Shown here in pieces: positions 10,824 to 21,159 of a stretch of 64,000 nt of DNA. Source of the stretch: an uncultured delta proteobacterium. GTDB lineage: Bacteria > Desulfobacterota > WTBG01 > CAIYCZ01 > CAIRTM01. The number at the start of each line of letters is the position of its first letter. The stretch's first letter is position 1. A program made the position numbers and the translations under genes. The stretch spans positions 192,001-256,000 of the forward strand of contig CAWDSQ010000020.1 in the NCBI GenBank assembly GCA_963804955.1, read 5' to 3'. The notes below the pieces were generated by a model, which worked only from the letters and a program-made list of their open reading frames with translations, had not been told where the DNA came from and did not search any database.

Positions 10824-11069
10824 ATTCCTTCCTGAAATTCTGGAATCATGGATACATCATGTAAATATATATCAGGGATTAAGCAGAAGCGCCAGACGAG
10901 CACAGCAAATTTTGCCAAAGCAGCTACATGCCCTGGTAAAACCCGCGGTGCAGACGAGGCTAAAAAAGCAGTCAGTTTAATCTTTTTCAGGCAAGAACGT
11001 CCCCCCGGCTGTTTTTTCGGTAAAGTACGTCCCCTGCCCTTTCTGTGTTTTGTCTGCCGGGTTGCGGTA

Positions 11070-11618
11070 TTATTTATCCTCACCCGCTTTTGCAATGGTG
11101 AAGGTGGTTTCATCACCCTGCCTTGAAATCTGTATCGTAAGGCTCGTCTCGGCTTTTTTACCCTGAAGCATAATCATGCCGTTCATGGTCATTTCATTTT
11201 CAATGTTCCAGCCTTTTTGCGGCAGGGCTGACTTGTAAAATGCTTGAACAGTATCTGTGCCGGATGTGGCGCTGAGCGTTGCAACGGCATGCTGTCCGGA
11301 CATAACCTGGCTCATCTTGACTTTTGCCGGGGCGAAAATTGGAATATCCTCAGGAAACCCCTCGACCAGTTTGTCGCTGGCATAGGTCATCTCGATGTTC
11401 TTGCCATCCTGGTTTTTCACCTTGATATGGCCGGTTTTATCATCCCCTTCCATGCTCATGGAACCATCTTTGCTTGTAACCTGAACGCCTTTTGATGTTT
11501 CCTGTACGGCTACGTTCCCTTGAGAAGTCGACACTGTTTTTTCATCGCTGCAGGCAGTAAGTGCTGCTGAATAAAAAAGGATGCAAGCAATACGTAAAGT
11601 CAGGGCCGTTTTATTCAT
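11070..11618 (-). CDS. Putative lipoprotein
   Basis: Lipobox LTAC after a hydrophobic stretch; FPEDIP and FYKSALPQKGW motifs. Confidence 0.7.
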   Translation of the reverse strand: MNKTALTLRIACILFYSAALTACSDEKTVSTSQGNVAVQETSKGVQVTSKDGSMSMEGDDKTGHIKVKNQDGKNIEMTYASDKLVEGFPEDIPIFAPAKVKMSQVMSGQHAVATLSATSGTDTVQAFYKSALPQKGWNIENEMTMNGMIMLQGKKAETSLTIQISRQGDETTFTIAKAGEDK

Positions 11619-11918
11619 GGTTATCCTTTCAGCTTATGTGGTTAATGTGGAATAAATAGTAATAATTTCATTATAAAAGCTAGCATGTAAAATTCTTTCC
11701 GACAAGCAGTCTCTGAGATCATGCGGCAGAGGCTCCAGCTGCTTTAAAATTTCGTCTGTGCCTGTTACTTTACTAAAAACACACTGTTCTCACGGGCCGA
11801 TACAACCATCATACAGTACTGTAATAATGCTGTTCGTTTTTTTTAGCGAATTTTATTTAAAAATAATTTTTAATCCGGTATACAGTATCATATACTTCTT
11901 TCGAAGTCTGGTTTCAAT

Positions 11919-12362
11919 ATGTTCGAGAATACACCCTATAACCGTCGTCTATACCAGCGCGAAAAAGTCGAGCTTATTGCCCGGTATTTCATACAGGACA
12001 AAAGTTTGAAATTCATGGGATGCACTGTTGTTAATTTAAGCCGGAATGGCGCCGGAGCCCTCTTTCCCCAAAAAGAAAAGCTTGAAGAAGGAGATGTCAT
12101 TTTACTTGATATAATAGCGCCCATAACATTTCAGCAGCTGCGACTGAAGGGAGCAGTCAAACGAACACAGAAACGCGGTAATGTAATGTATGCGGGAATT
12201 TTATTTTCGGAAATTCTGCCTGATGAGTCTTTTAAAATCCTGTGCAGTGTCGTAGACAGAGACTGCACCTCATGCTGGTATCCCCTGCCCTTTTTCGCGA
12301 TACGGGCCCGCTCTTGCAAAAGAACAGGAATAAGCGTACTGTCCGCTCATGCGGTACAGTGA
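11919..12362 (+). CDS. PilZ-domain protein (putative c-di-GMP receptor)
   Basis: RRLYQR (RxxxR) and NLSRNG (D/NxSxxG) motifs. Confidence 0.75.
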   Translation: MFENTPYNRRLYQREKVELIARYFIQDKSLKFMGCTVVNLSRNGAGALFPQKEKLEEGDVILLDIIAPITFQQLRLKGAVKRTQKRGNVMYAGILFSEILPDESFKILCSVVDRDCTSCWYPLPFFAIRARSCKRTGISVLSAHAVQ

Positions 12363-12443
12363 ATTGTCTATAGACAGGCTTTTTAGAGGACTCTGCCGGG
12401 TGCTTTCCGTTATGAGCATAGTATATTCCAGGAGAGGATTTTT

Positions 12444-14216
12444 ATGAATTCAGCCGAGCATATCAAACAATTTTATCTTCACCATCTTAAAGCTGCACAG
12501 TTTGAAGGCTATCAATTGCAGGCGCCGTGCCCTTTTTGCTCTCCTTCAGAAAATGCGGCAGCAGGACAGCTGATCGTTGACCTTGACCCGGAAAGTTTTT
12601 TTTACGGCTATTTCAGGTGCCTCAATAGATGCAGGCCGGGAGGATATGCACCGCATTTTGGCCGGCTGCTCCACCTTGACCCCAAGCTGGTGCCGGGCTA
12701 TGACCCCGACCGAACGCCCTATGTGCGCAGTATTGTTTTTCCATCCAAAAATTTAAACCCCGACATTAGAAAAAATCAAAGCCTGTTGTCAAAACCCCAG
12801 TATGATTACTTTGCACTTTTCGGCGTATCAAAAGGGGCTGTAGATGAAGTGAGAATCGGATTTAACGGACGTTATTTCATTTATCCCTATTTTCTCGAAG
12901 ACGCCAATTGTTATGCCGCACGCTGCATTCTGCCTTCCAATGATGCGGATAATTTCTGGATGGGCGATGAAAAATTTTACGGTCCGGAATTTCAAATTTT
13001 TAATGCCGAAGAAATTGATCGCTGCGAAGACGGCGCAATTTTTATCACCGACGGCGAAAAAAATCTCCTCACCCTGAAGGAGCTCGGCTACCCGTGCATT
13101 GCCGTGCCCAGTATAGCGGCGCTTGAAGCCCTGGACCCGCAGCGGTTCGTGCATCTGAAACATGTACTTATTGTACTTAAAAATTCTCCTGAAGCACTCG
13201 CCTCAGCCCAGATTCTTGCAACAGGCCTCGGGTTCAAGGTGCGCATACTCAAATGGCCGGCCAATCTGAAACGCGACTATCACTTGCTACAACTGGCCAA
13301 AGAGAAAGGCTCTGACTTCGGCAAGGAAGTCGAGAATATGATAAAGAGCTCCCGGGCCTTTTCGCCGTTTTCTTCCCCTGAACGGGAGCATATTGATTTT
13401 TTAGACGGACTTGAGAAAAATATAGGTAAAAGCCTGTTGGGCGTGCCGACTGGTTTTGCCAAGCTTGATCTTGCCTTAAACGGCCTTCGCGGCATCAATA
13501 TCATGGGCGGTCAACCTAAAGCGGGCAAATCCTGTTTTTTTATGCAGCTTTCCACAGAAGCGGCCAGACAAAGTATGCCGGTCATTTATTATGACTTTGA
13601 AAACGGCCGCCAAAAAATTTATCAGAGAACCCTCTGCCGCTTAAGCAGGCTTTCAGAAGAAGAGCTGAGAAAAGCCAGTCATGAAGCCGATGCCGATGAA
13701 CGGCTAAACATTGCCCATGATGAATTAAAAAAAATGCTCAACTATTTCCGGGTTGTAACGGACCGGAAGTTGAGCCCGGACATAATGCGCCGCCAGGTCG
13801 ATTTCATAAAGCATGAGACACGGCTTGATACATGCCTTGTCGTCATAGACAGCCTCCATAAGCTGCCCTTCAAAAATCTGTCTGAGCGGCGCACCGGTAT
13901 AGATGAGTGGCTTCGGCAAATGGAGACCATACGCGATGAGCAGAATGTAGCATTTTTAGTTATTTCGGAATTATCCCGTGGCGTCGAAAACAGCTATAAC
14001 CAAAAGCCGGATATGGGCTTATTTAAGGAATCAGGCGACATAGAATACAGTGCCGACAATGCCATTATTCTGCAGCCCAACTGGGATCTGCTTGATCCTA
14101 TGTCAACGCAGGAGCGCAAAAACACCCTGTGGCTGGTTGCGAGCCGTGAAAACAACCCCGGCATGGTTTCGGAATATGCGCTTGATTACCCGTTTTGGGG
14201 TTTTAAGGAGCTGTAG
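12444..14216 (+). CDS. Primase-helicase fusion (Zn finger + TOPRIM-like + DnaB/SF4 helicase)
   Basis: CPFC...CLNRC; IFITDGEKN TOPRIM-like strand; PTGFAKLD, Walker A GQPKAGKS, Walker B VVIDSL, ISELSR and ESGDIEYSAD SF4 motifs. Confidence 0.85.
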   Translation: MNSAEHIKQFYLHHLKAAQFEGYQLQAPCPFCSPSENAAAGQLIVDLDPESFFYGYFRCLNRCRPGGYAPHFGRLLHLDPKLVPGYDPDRTPYVRSIVFPSKNLNPDIRKNQSLLSKPQYDYFALFGVSKGAVDEVRIGFNGRYFIYPYFLEDANCYAARCILPSNDADNFWMGDEKFYGPEFQIFNAEEIDRCEDGAIFITDGEKNLLTLKELGYPCIAVPSIAALEALDPQRFVHLKHVLIVLKNSPEALASAQILATGLGFKVRILKWPANLKRDYHLLQLAKEKGSDFGKEVENMIKSSRAFSPFSSPEREHIDFLDGLEKNIGKSLLGVPTGFAKLDLALNGLRGINIMGGQPKAGKSCFFMQLSTEAARQSMPVIYYDFENGRQKIYQRTLCRLSRLSEEELRKASHEADADERLNIAHDELKKMLNYFRVVTDRKLSPDIMRRQVDFIKHETRLDTCLVVIDSLHKLPFKNLSERRTGIDEWLRQMETIRDEQNVAFLVISELSRGVENSYNQKPDMGLFKESGDIEYSADNAIILQPNWDLLDPMSTQERKNTLWLVASRENNPGMVSEYALDYPFWGFKEL

Positions 14217-14243
14217 CAGCACGCTGACCATAGAACTTTTGCT

Positions 14244-14552
14244 ATGATAAAGCATTATAAAGCGCGGGCTCTTGTCTGGAGCGTTGCAGGAATCATCACA
14301 CAGGTTCTGGGCCTTGCGGGCGTTTTTTCAAGCAGGCCGGCCACAGATGATCTGAACCCGGCATGGGCCGGAGCGCTCCTTCTTCTCATCGGTACAGGCA
14401 TACTCTGCTTCGGCCTCTACTTTTACGCTTTGGCAAAAAATCGGCGCGCCGTGTGGTCACTGGCAGGCTTTCTCAGCCTGCCCGGTTTTCTCATAGTGCA
14501 CTTCCTGGCCGACACCAGTAAAGATACTGCTAAAAAACGAAAACAATCCTGA
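14244..14552 (+). CDS. Small membrane protein
   Basis: Three hydrophobic segments; AKNR..W pattern. Confidence 0.6.
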   Translation: MIKHYKARALVWSVAGIITQVLGLAGVFSSRPATDDLNPAWAGALLLLIGTGILCFGLYFYALAKNRRAVWSLAGFLSLPGFLIVHFLADTSKDTAKKRKQS

Positions 14553-14681
14553 TCCTGATGACAGGGTGGAGTTTCGGGTGACACAGCAGAACTGATCTCC
14601 GGGGTCTTCCAGGCAGCGCTACAGGTAAAGAGAACCCCTTCCCCTCTGTGTTGCAAAGCTCATTGCACATGCAGCATGAAT

Positions 14682-15533
14682 TTATTGCTTTGATAAAATG
14701 ATGCAATCTGCTTTGAGGGTTTTCAGTGCTGTCTGCATATGCTGCTGCTGCTTTTCAGTCAGGCTGCCCAGCAGGTCAACAAGCATGGAAAGTGTTGCCG
14801 TTTCATTCTGGTGGATGGCATTTCGATATGCCGGTGTCCACAGATGCTCCGGCTCGACAAACAATCGCTCCAGCAGCTTCCTTTTTTCAGCCTCAGGTTC
14901 ATTTCCTTCAAGAACTTCCTGAAGTCTTTTTTGCCAAATGCGGCGGTTTTCAAGCCACAGATTCTGCAGCGGAACAAGGGATTCAGCCCATCGCTCAAGG
15001 ATAGCCTTTTGAGCTATAGTCAGCCGCCCGACAAAACGCTTGAGCGGCTTTTCCGCCTGATCAAAATGTCGTGTTGTACGTTGGACCGGCTTTTCGTTCA
15101 GAAACTTTTTTTCAAGCTCCTTCTGTTTTTTTTCAACCGCTGCATAAAAGGACCGGCGCTGGTCCCTGTCAAGCAAAAGCAGCAGCCCTGCGCAATCAGG
15201 TGCGGCCCGTATCATAATATCGCGCCAGAACTGTTTGAGGCGGTCGGAGTGCTCCTGCAGCATTGCAATGTTGAGCGGTCCGGGCAAATCCCGTTGCAGT
15301 CGATCTGCAAAACGGCTGTAACGAACCAGCTGTTCCGAGCGATGCCACTGCAGCAGTGCTTTCAGCCTTTGTTCATAAACATCATCCTGCCGGCTGTTCA
15401 GGCTAAGGTATTCATTAAGATTCCAGGTAATGATCCAGTCCAGATAGTTGTAGGCCAGGCGTGTATTGCTGCAGGCACACAGAAGGCACAGCACCAGGGC
15501 GGCAAGAGTATTTTTTATGCAGCGAATATTCAT
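14682..15533 (-). CDS. DUF6279-like lipoprotein
   Basis: Lipobox LCAC; RLAYNYLDWII...LLQWHR pattern. Confidence 0.7.
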   Translation of the reverse strand: MNIRCIKNTLAALVLCLLCACSNTRLAYNYLDWIITWNLNEYLSLNSRQDDVYEQRLKALLQWHRSEQLVRYSRFADRLQRDLPGPLNIAMLQEHSDRLKQFWRDIMIRAAPDCAGLLLLLDRDQRRSFYAAVEKKQKELEKKFLNEKPVQRTTRHFDQAEKPLKRFVGRLTIAQKAILERWAESLVPLQNLWLENRRIWQKRLQEVLEGNEPEAEKRKLLERLFVEPEHLWTPAYRNAIHQNETATLSMLVDLLGSLTEKQQQHMQTALKTLKADCIILSKQ

Positions 15534-15781
15534 AGCCGGAAGTCGTATGTGGTCACTCGGAATAATTAAGGAAAAAGGACCCGCAGTGGTCCGGGCCCTT
15601 CAAGAAGTCAGCATTATACTTCATCTGTGAAAACATCAAAATAAATATATATGTAAGATAGGAAGATGTGGCCATCCTCTTTCCGTGGTCAATCCCTTTT
15701 TATAAAAATTTATGGTTCTTCCGATTCATAACCCCGTGACAGCAGTAAAAACATCCCGTTTCATAGTGGCAATTTATTAGA

Positions 15782-18085
15782 TTAAGCGACAGTCCGCGAC
15801 GATTGTTTTAAAATCTCATCAGCATAAAGCTTTTGCAGTGTCATCAGTGCAAGCAGCCATTCAATTGTCGATTCGGCGCCTTCATTTTGATTGATGCCGT
15901 CAGCCATCAGGCCGTCTCGGCAGCCGCCGGTTTTAGCGTCATAAAGCGGCATATTAAGGTCGTTCTGCCCCAGAAACCAGTTAAAACACATGACCGCACT
16001 GTCAATCCATATTGTATCGCTGGTGATGTTAAAGGCTTCGATACAGGCATCAATCATTGAATTAGGCTCTATCGGCTGCTGGTCAAAGCGTGCCCTTGCC
16101 CCGCCTTTTTCATACCACCCGTTGCTGCCGATGGGCACAAAGTGGCCGTCTTCAGTCTGGATAGCAAGCAGCCATTTGAGGCTTCTAAGCCCCATATCGA
16201 TCATATCGCTGCGGTGCATCCACTGCCCTGACAGCAACAGGGCATGCGGCAGCTTTCCATTGGCATAGTTTAAAGTATTTTCAAGCCATGGCCAATCTTC
16301 AGTTGCATTGTTTTGAAACTGATCGAATAACCGAACGGCAAGGATATCCCTGATGCGGCGAACTTCGCTGTCGCCTGAAAATTTTTGCAGATAGGCATGC
16401 ACGCCCACGAGGGCAAAAGCAATCGCCCGTGGTGATTTAAAAAATTCCAGGGCTTTCAGCGCCTGGTTGAAGAGTTTTGTGCTCATTGCCAGTTGACCGG
16501 GATTATCGAGAAAAGCAACAGTCTTGCCCAGGCCCCAGAGCGCCCTTCCATGAGAATCCTCTGATCCTACCTCATCCAGCCACTGACGCGAATAACTCAT
16601 AAAATTTCGAAAACGCCCGTTTTCCTCATTGAAGGCATACAGCAGAAAGCTGAGATACTGGTTGCTGAGGGAGTCAAAGAATTTGCTGTCGGCAAGCATG
16701 TATTTGCTGCCCATGGAGGCTACCATAAGCGCCCGGGCATTATCATCTGTACAATAGCCATGAATACGGTCGGGGATGGTCTGAGTGGCATGCTGCAAAA
16801 TACCGGTGTCGTCGGTAAGGGCTTTCAGATGATCGAGCTTCGGCTCCGGCAGTTCGAATTTTGTGATAGATTTGATATTTTCAACATACGTATGCCTGGG
16901 GCGCGGGTGACTGGCCCTCTTGAGCCTCACCTCACTGAAAACCTCAAGATATTTTCGGGCGACCTCTTTCCATGTTGCCTCGCGGCTGAATGTATAGGCT
17001 TTTTTACGGATCAAGTGACGAATTGTATCGTTATCAATAAGGTCTATGATTTGTTCCGCCATGGCATCAGGATTGTTAAATGGAACAATTCTTCCCCGGC
17101 CTTCGGCAAGCATCTCGACCGCATACCAGTACGGGGTGGAAACGATTGCTTTGCCGGTTCCCATGGCATAGGCCAGCGTTCCGGAAGTTATCTGAGCCTC
17201 ATCAAGATAGGGGGTTACATAAATATCGGCAGTGCCAAGAAACTCACATAATTCCTTCATCTCGACAAAACGATTTTGAAAAATGACATGTTCACTGATA
17301 TTCAGCTTGCGCACAAGCTGTTGAAGGCTGATGCGGTATGCATCCCCATGTGACTTCAAAATATGGGGGTGTGTTGCCCCCAGAATGATATAGACGACAT
17401 CAGGATGTTTTTTTATAATCGCAGGAAGCGCCTGCAGCATAATTTCAATGCCTTTATTTGGCGAAAGCAGCCCGAAGGTGAGCAGCACCTTTCTGCCTTC
17501 CAGGGCGAACTGGTCTTTGTAATAATTGGGATCCATAAACGGCGTATCAGGGATGCCGTGGTGGATAAAAGCAATTTTTTCTTCCGGAACACCATAGATT
17601 TCCTGGAGAAAGCCAATGGCTTTGCGGCTCATCACGACGAGTTTATCGGACAGGTCTGCCAGGCTGCGCATAACTGCAAGATATTCAGGAGCTGGATTTT
17701 TGAGAACAGTATGAAGCGTCGTAACAACCGGCATGCGAAGCTCACCGAGCAGTTTCAAAAGATGGCTGCCGGCTGGCCCGCCGTAAATGCCGTACTCATG
17801 CTGTACGCAGACAATATCTGTCTGGCTGATATTGATAAATTCCGCAACGGTATTGTAATCGGTCAGCTTGTTCTGATTGACCTCAAAACGCACCTTTTCC
17901 GGATAGGGATACCCTTCGGGCTTATCATTTATGGCTGCCGCCCAGCAGTTGATATCAGGAGCCTCCGCCGTTACAGCCTCAACAAGATCAGTTGTGAAAG
18001 TAGCGATACCGCACTGGCGTGGCACATAGTTGCCTATGACGGCAACCGAATCAATTCCCTCATAATATTTAATAACTGATGGCAT
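15782..18085 (-). CDS. Family 4 glycosyltransferase fused to a C-terminal alpha-helical glycosidase-like domain
   Basis: PRQCGIATFT, QHEYGIYGG, FGLLSPNKGIE, QITSGTLAYA; C-terminal GYCTDDNARAL, FDQQPIE, NQNEGAEST. Confidence 0.88.
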   Translation of the reverse strand: MPSVIKYYEGIDSVAVIGNYVPRQCGIATFTTDLVEAVTAEAPDINCWAAAINDKPEGYPYPEKVRFEVNQNKLTDYNTVAEFINISQTDIVCVQHEYGIYGGPAGSHLLKLLGELRMPVVTTLHTVLKNPAPEYLAVMRSLADLSDKLVVMSRKAIGFLQEIYGVPEEKIAFIHHGIPDTPFMDPNYYKDQFALEGRKVLLTFGLLSPNKGIEIMLQALPAIIKKHPDVVYIILGATHPHILKSHGDAYRISLQQLVRKLNISEHVIFQNRFVEMKELCEFLGTADIYVTPYLDEAQITSGTLAYAMGTGKAIVSTPYWYAVEMLAEGRGRIVPFNNPDAMAEQIIDLIDNDTIRHLIRKKAYTFSREATWKEVARKYLEVFSEVRLKRASHPRPRHTYVENIKSITKFELPEPKLDHLKALTDDTGILQHATQTIPDRIHGYCTDDNARALMVASMGSKYMLADSKFFDSLSNQYLSFLLYAFNEENGRFRNFMSYSRQWLDEVGSEDSHGRALWGLGKTVAFLDNPGQLAMSTKLFNQALKALEFFKSPRAIAFALVGVHAYLQKFSGDSEVRRIRDILAVRLFDQFQNNATEDWPWLENTLNYANGKLPHALLLSGQWMHRSDMIDMGLRSLKWLLAIQTEDGHFVPIGSNGWYEKGGARARFDQQPIEPNSMIDACIEAFNITSDTIWIDSAVMCFNWFLGQNDLNMPLYDAKTGGCRDGLMADGINQNEGAESTIEWLLALMTLQKLYADEILKQSSRTVA

Positions 18086-18163
18086 GGAAACAGGCTCCTC
18101 TCATAATAGTACGTTTAGGCCGTTCACTAACAGCTCGAGTTTAAATACAGTCTGCGATAGGTA

Positions 18164-19642
18164 TCAAAAAATATACATTTGGCATATCCTTCGGTAGTGA
18201 TAACCGTAGATTGCCAGGGTAATTGCCAGTGGCAGCAGCTTGGGCTTGCAAATCATGATCCAGAGCAGCAATCGCCAGTACTGAAAGCGCTCTTTGCCTA
18301 GAACACCGAGCCTGATTCCTGCACGTACGAATGCAAGCGACCGCTGAAAATTCATCGGCAATGAATACCTTGGCTCTCTGACTTCTTTTAAAAAATTTCT
18401 GGTCCGGCGATAGTAATTATTGGGGGCATAGATATGCTTCATGATTGAACGGTACCCCTCGACCAGACTGTCCAGACCCATCAGTGGTATGATATTGGTT
18501 GTCCCGTCCACATTATCTCCGGAGCCAGCGCCGATTAGCCGGTGCTCCTTGCGAAGGCGGTCAAACAGCCTCGTTCCAGGTGGCGCCTGCAGCATGCCGA
18601 CCATTGCGGTTACGATTCCGCTTTTTTGAATAAAATCGATCTGACGCTGAAAAATAGACGGCGTATCGCAGTCAAAACCGACTATAAAACCGCCCATAAC
18701 CTGCAGCCCTGCGAGATGAATTTTTTTAACACTTTGAAGCAGATTCCTGTTGCTGTTCTGAATTTTATGACATTCCGCCAGGCTGGCTTCATCCGGCGAC
18801 TCGATGCCGATAAAAACGGAATCAAAGCCGGCCTGGAACATCATATCCATCAGTTCCTGGTCATCCGCCAGATTAATGGATGCTTCAGTAAAAAAGACGC
18901 ATCCACGCTTATCCTTTCGCCACTGTATCAGAGCAGGAAGCAGCTCGGCTTTGAGGCTTTGTTTATTTGCGATAAAATTATCGTCAACAAAAAAAATGCT
19001 GCCACGCCAGCCAGCAGCATACATGCGGTCAAGCTCCGTAATGATCTGCCGGGATGTTTTCATGCGGGGCTGATGGCCCAGCAGAGCTGTGACATTGCAA
19101 AATTCGCAGTTGTACGGGCAACCCCTGGAAAACTGAATGCTCATGGATGCATATCTTTTCATGTTTACCAGATTCCACAAAGGGGGCGGAGTATCATGAA
19201 GATTGCAAAAACCCGAGGCACGGTATACTTTTTTAGGCTCCCCTTTTTCAAGGTCCGACAGAAAGCAGGGAAGAGTCAGTTCAGCTTCATCGAGAACGAG
19301 GTGATCCACCTCCCCGCATGCATCAGGTTCAGCGGTAAACAGCGGGCCGCCGGCAACTACTTTAAGACCAGCAGCCCTGCACCTGGCGATGGTATGGTCG
19401 GCCGATTTTCGTTGCACAGCCATGCCTCCGATAAATGCCATGTCTGCCCATGCAATATCAGCATCTTTAAGGGTCTCAACATTAAGATCCACAAGGCGCC
19501 TCTCCCACTGCTGCGGAAGCATTGCTGCAACGGTCAGCAGGCCAAGTGGTGGAAATGCCGATTTTTTACCGATGAAGCTCAAGGCGTACGAAAAAGACCA
19601 GAACGTATCCGGAATCAAAGGGTAAATAAGCAGTATGTTCAT
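18164..19642 (-). CDS. B12-binding radical SAM protein (DUF4070-type)
   Basis: PPLGLLTVAA, GGP and RGCPYNCEFC motifs; GGAGG SD before ATG at 19642. Confidence 0.9.
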   Translation of the reverse strand: MNILLIYPLIPDTFWSFSYALSFIGKKSAFPPLGLLTVAAMLPQQWERRLVDLNVETLKDADIAWADMAFIGGMAVQRKSADHTIARCRAAGLKVVAGGPLFTAEPDACGEVDHLVLDEAELTLPCFLSDLEKGEPKKVYRASGFCNLHDTPPPLWNLVNMKRYASMSIQFSRGCPYNCEFCNVTALLGHQPRMKTSRQIITELDRMYAAGWRGSIFFVDDNFIANKQSLKAELLPALIQWRKDKRGCVFFTEASINLADDQELMDMMFQAGFDSVFIGIESPDEASLAECHKIQNSNRNLLQSVKKIHLAGLQVMGGFIVGFDCDTPSIFQRQIDFIQKSGIVTAMVGMLQAPPGTRLFDRLRKEHRLIGAGSGDNVDGTTNIIPLMGLDSLVEGYRSIMKHIYAPNNYYRRTRNFLKEVREPRYSLPMNFQRSLAFVRAGIRLGVLGKERFQYWRLLLWIMICKPKLLPLAITLAIYGYHYRRICQMYIF

Positions 19643-19753
19643 AGCTTTAACCTCCTTTTCGCACCACAGATAAGAAATCGATTTTTTTGTATTATTTTCT
19701 ACAAACAAGCTTACCCTGTTGCAGGTTACTCCTCATTGTGCTGAACGTCTCTA

Positions 19754-20137
19754 TCAAACCATGACAACCGAGCTGTCTCTGCTGTCAAAAAGGCTTTTCT
19801 CGTACCTGTCGGCTAGCACGTCATTTTCCCAGCGTGATTCATCGATACAATACCTGAATTGGTAATTCTTTCCTGCCTCAAGCACCTGCGTAAGAAACCA
19901 GGTGCCGCTTTTAAGCCTCCGCAAGGGATTTGCCCGCCTGTCCCAGTTGTTAAAATCACCGGCCAGGGTAACGCTTTGCGCATCGGGAGCAGCGGCGTGC
20001 TGCAGTTTGAATGTTACCTTGCACATTGTTTTTTCTGTTCGATATTCTTTTTGCATACCTCCGCCAGCAGTAACAGAATTATTCTGGGTTAGCCCTGCCC
20101 GCGTCCCTTCGATTTGGTCATGTATGACTTTATCCAT
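19754..20137 (-). CDS. Glycogen-binding (CBM48/isoamylase early-set) domain protein
   Basis: VTLAGDFNNW...YQFRY...WEND; alternative start at 20056. Confidence 0.82.
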   Translation of the reverse strand: MDKVIHDQIEGTRAGLTQNNSVTAGGGMQKEYRTEKTMCKVTFKLQHAAAPDAQSVTLAGDFNNWDRRANPLRRLKSGTWFLTQVLEAGKNYQFRYCIDESRWENDVLADRYEKSLFDSRDSSVVMV

Positions 20138-20305
20138 AATGTTATCCTTTATCTAAAAATGCATGTTTACCGGGCTGCATACAGTTTTGTGCCCGGCCCA
20201 TTTCCGTCCTTGGTGTATATGCGAGCTTGCGTGGTCAGCTGACCCTTTCGTGATAATGTACACTTTCATGAGCAGCACAACTACTTTTGTTACCAGGTTG
20301 TCTCA

Positions 20306-20941
20306 CTATGGAGAACCTGAGAGTAAAACTTTTCGCAGGGCCAGCTTGTTCATAATGCCGTCAGTATGCCGCTGTACCTCGCTCTGGCTTATCTTCAGTT
20401 TCCGTGCAATATCCAGGTTGTTCATTCCTTCACCGACAAGCTCGATAATTTTACGCTCAATCCCGCTTATTTTCACCGATGCCTTATCCATCCGGAATGT
20501 ACCGCTTTTTGCAGCATGTTCAACAATGCGGGAAAAAAGCGAACCTGGGAGCCGGTCGGGGATAACCCTCGCACCCCCCGCCACGGCCCTGATTACCTTC
20601 AGAAAATCTTCAAGGGTTGTGTCCTTATTGACAAAACCTCCAGCGCCAGCCCGTATAAACTCGTCGATTTCATTCTGCACGGGAAGGGCGTCCATAACGA
20701 TGATTACGGCCCCCGAGGTTTCCCTGCTCAGTGATTCTGTCACGTGCAGGCTGTTTTCATGCGTCAGGCTTACATCCAGCAGGACAACAACACCCTTGCA
20801 ATCGCGCAATGCGGATGCAGCATGTTCAAAGTCTGCTGCAGCTTGTATGACTTTCATATCTGGCTGCCCGCTGAGCAGGGATGCAATACCTTCCCTCAGA
20901 AGCGCGTTATCTTCAATAATCAGAACCCTGATCTCTTTCAT
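20306..20941 (-). CDS. NarL/LuxR-family response regulator
   Basis: IIEDN, LLDVSL receiver, GFVNK; C-terminal LuxR-type HTH. Confidence 0.85.
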   Translation of the reverse strand: MKEIRVLIIEDNALLREGIASLLSGQPDMKVIQAAADFEHAASALRDCKGVVVLLDVSLTHENSLHVTESLSRETSGAVIIVMDALPVQNEIDEFIRAGAGGFVNKDTTLEDFLKVIRAVAGGARVIPDRLPGSLFSRIVEHAAKSGTFRMDKASVKISGIERKIIELVGEGMNNLDIARKLKISQSEVQRHTDGIMNKLALRKVLLSGSP

Positions 20942-21159
20942 CGGTGCACCTCGTTTCAAAACCCGCATATGGTTATGCATGCAGGCAGCACTCTGTCTTT
21001 GTTAAAGAGTATAGGGATATAGCCAAGGAAATAAAATCGACCACGAGAACTAAAAAAGAGCTAGATCCTTGGAGGGGGGTGGTATGAAAAATTTAATCAA
21101 TACTATGACTAATACCGGCTGTACCATAGAGAAAAATGCGGCGGCGGTACTCTCATGTA

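Noticed and set aside
10875..10985. CAGACGAG occurring twice upstream of the protease partner gene, possible ncRNA
   Set aside because: Only an 8-bp repeat, and I could not build a convincing structure.
18542..19744. 400-aa plus-strand ORF (and similar ORFs at 14739-15569, 20163-21005 and 24413-25150)
   Set aside because: Antisense shadows of well-supported minus-strand genes, with no recognisable motifs.
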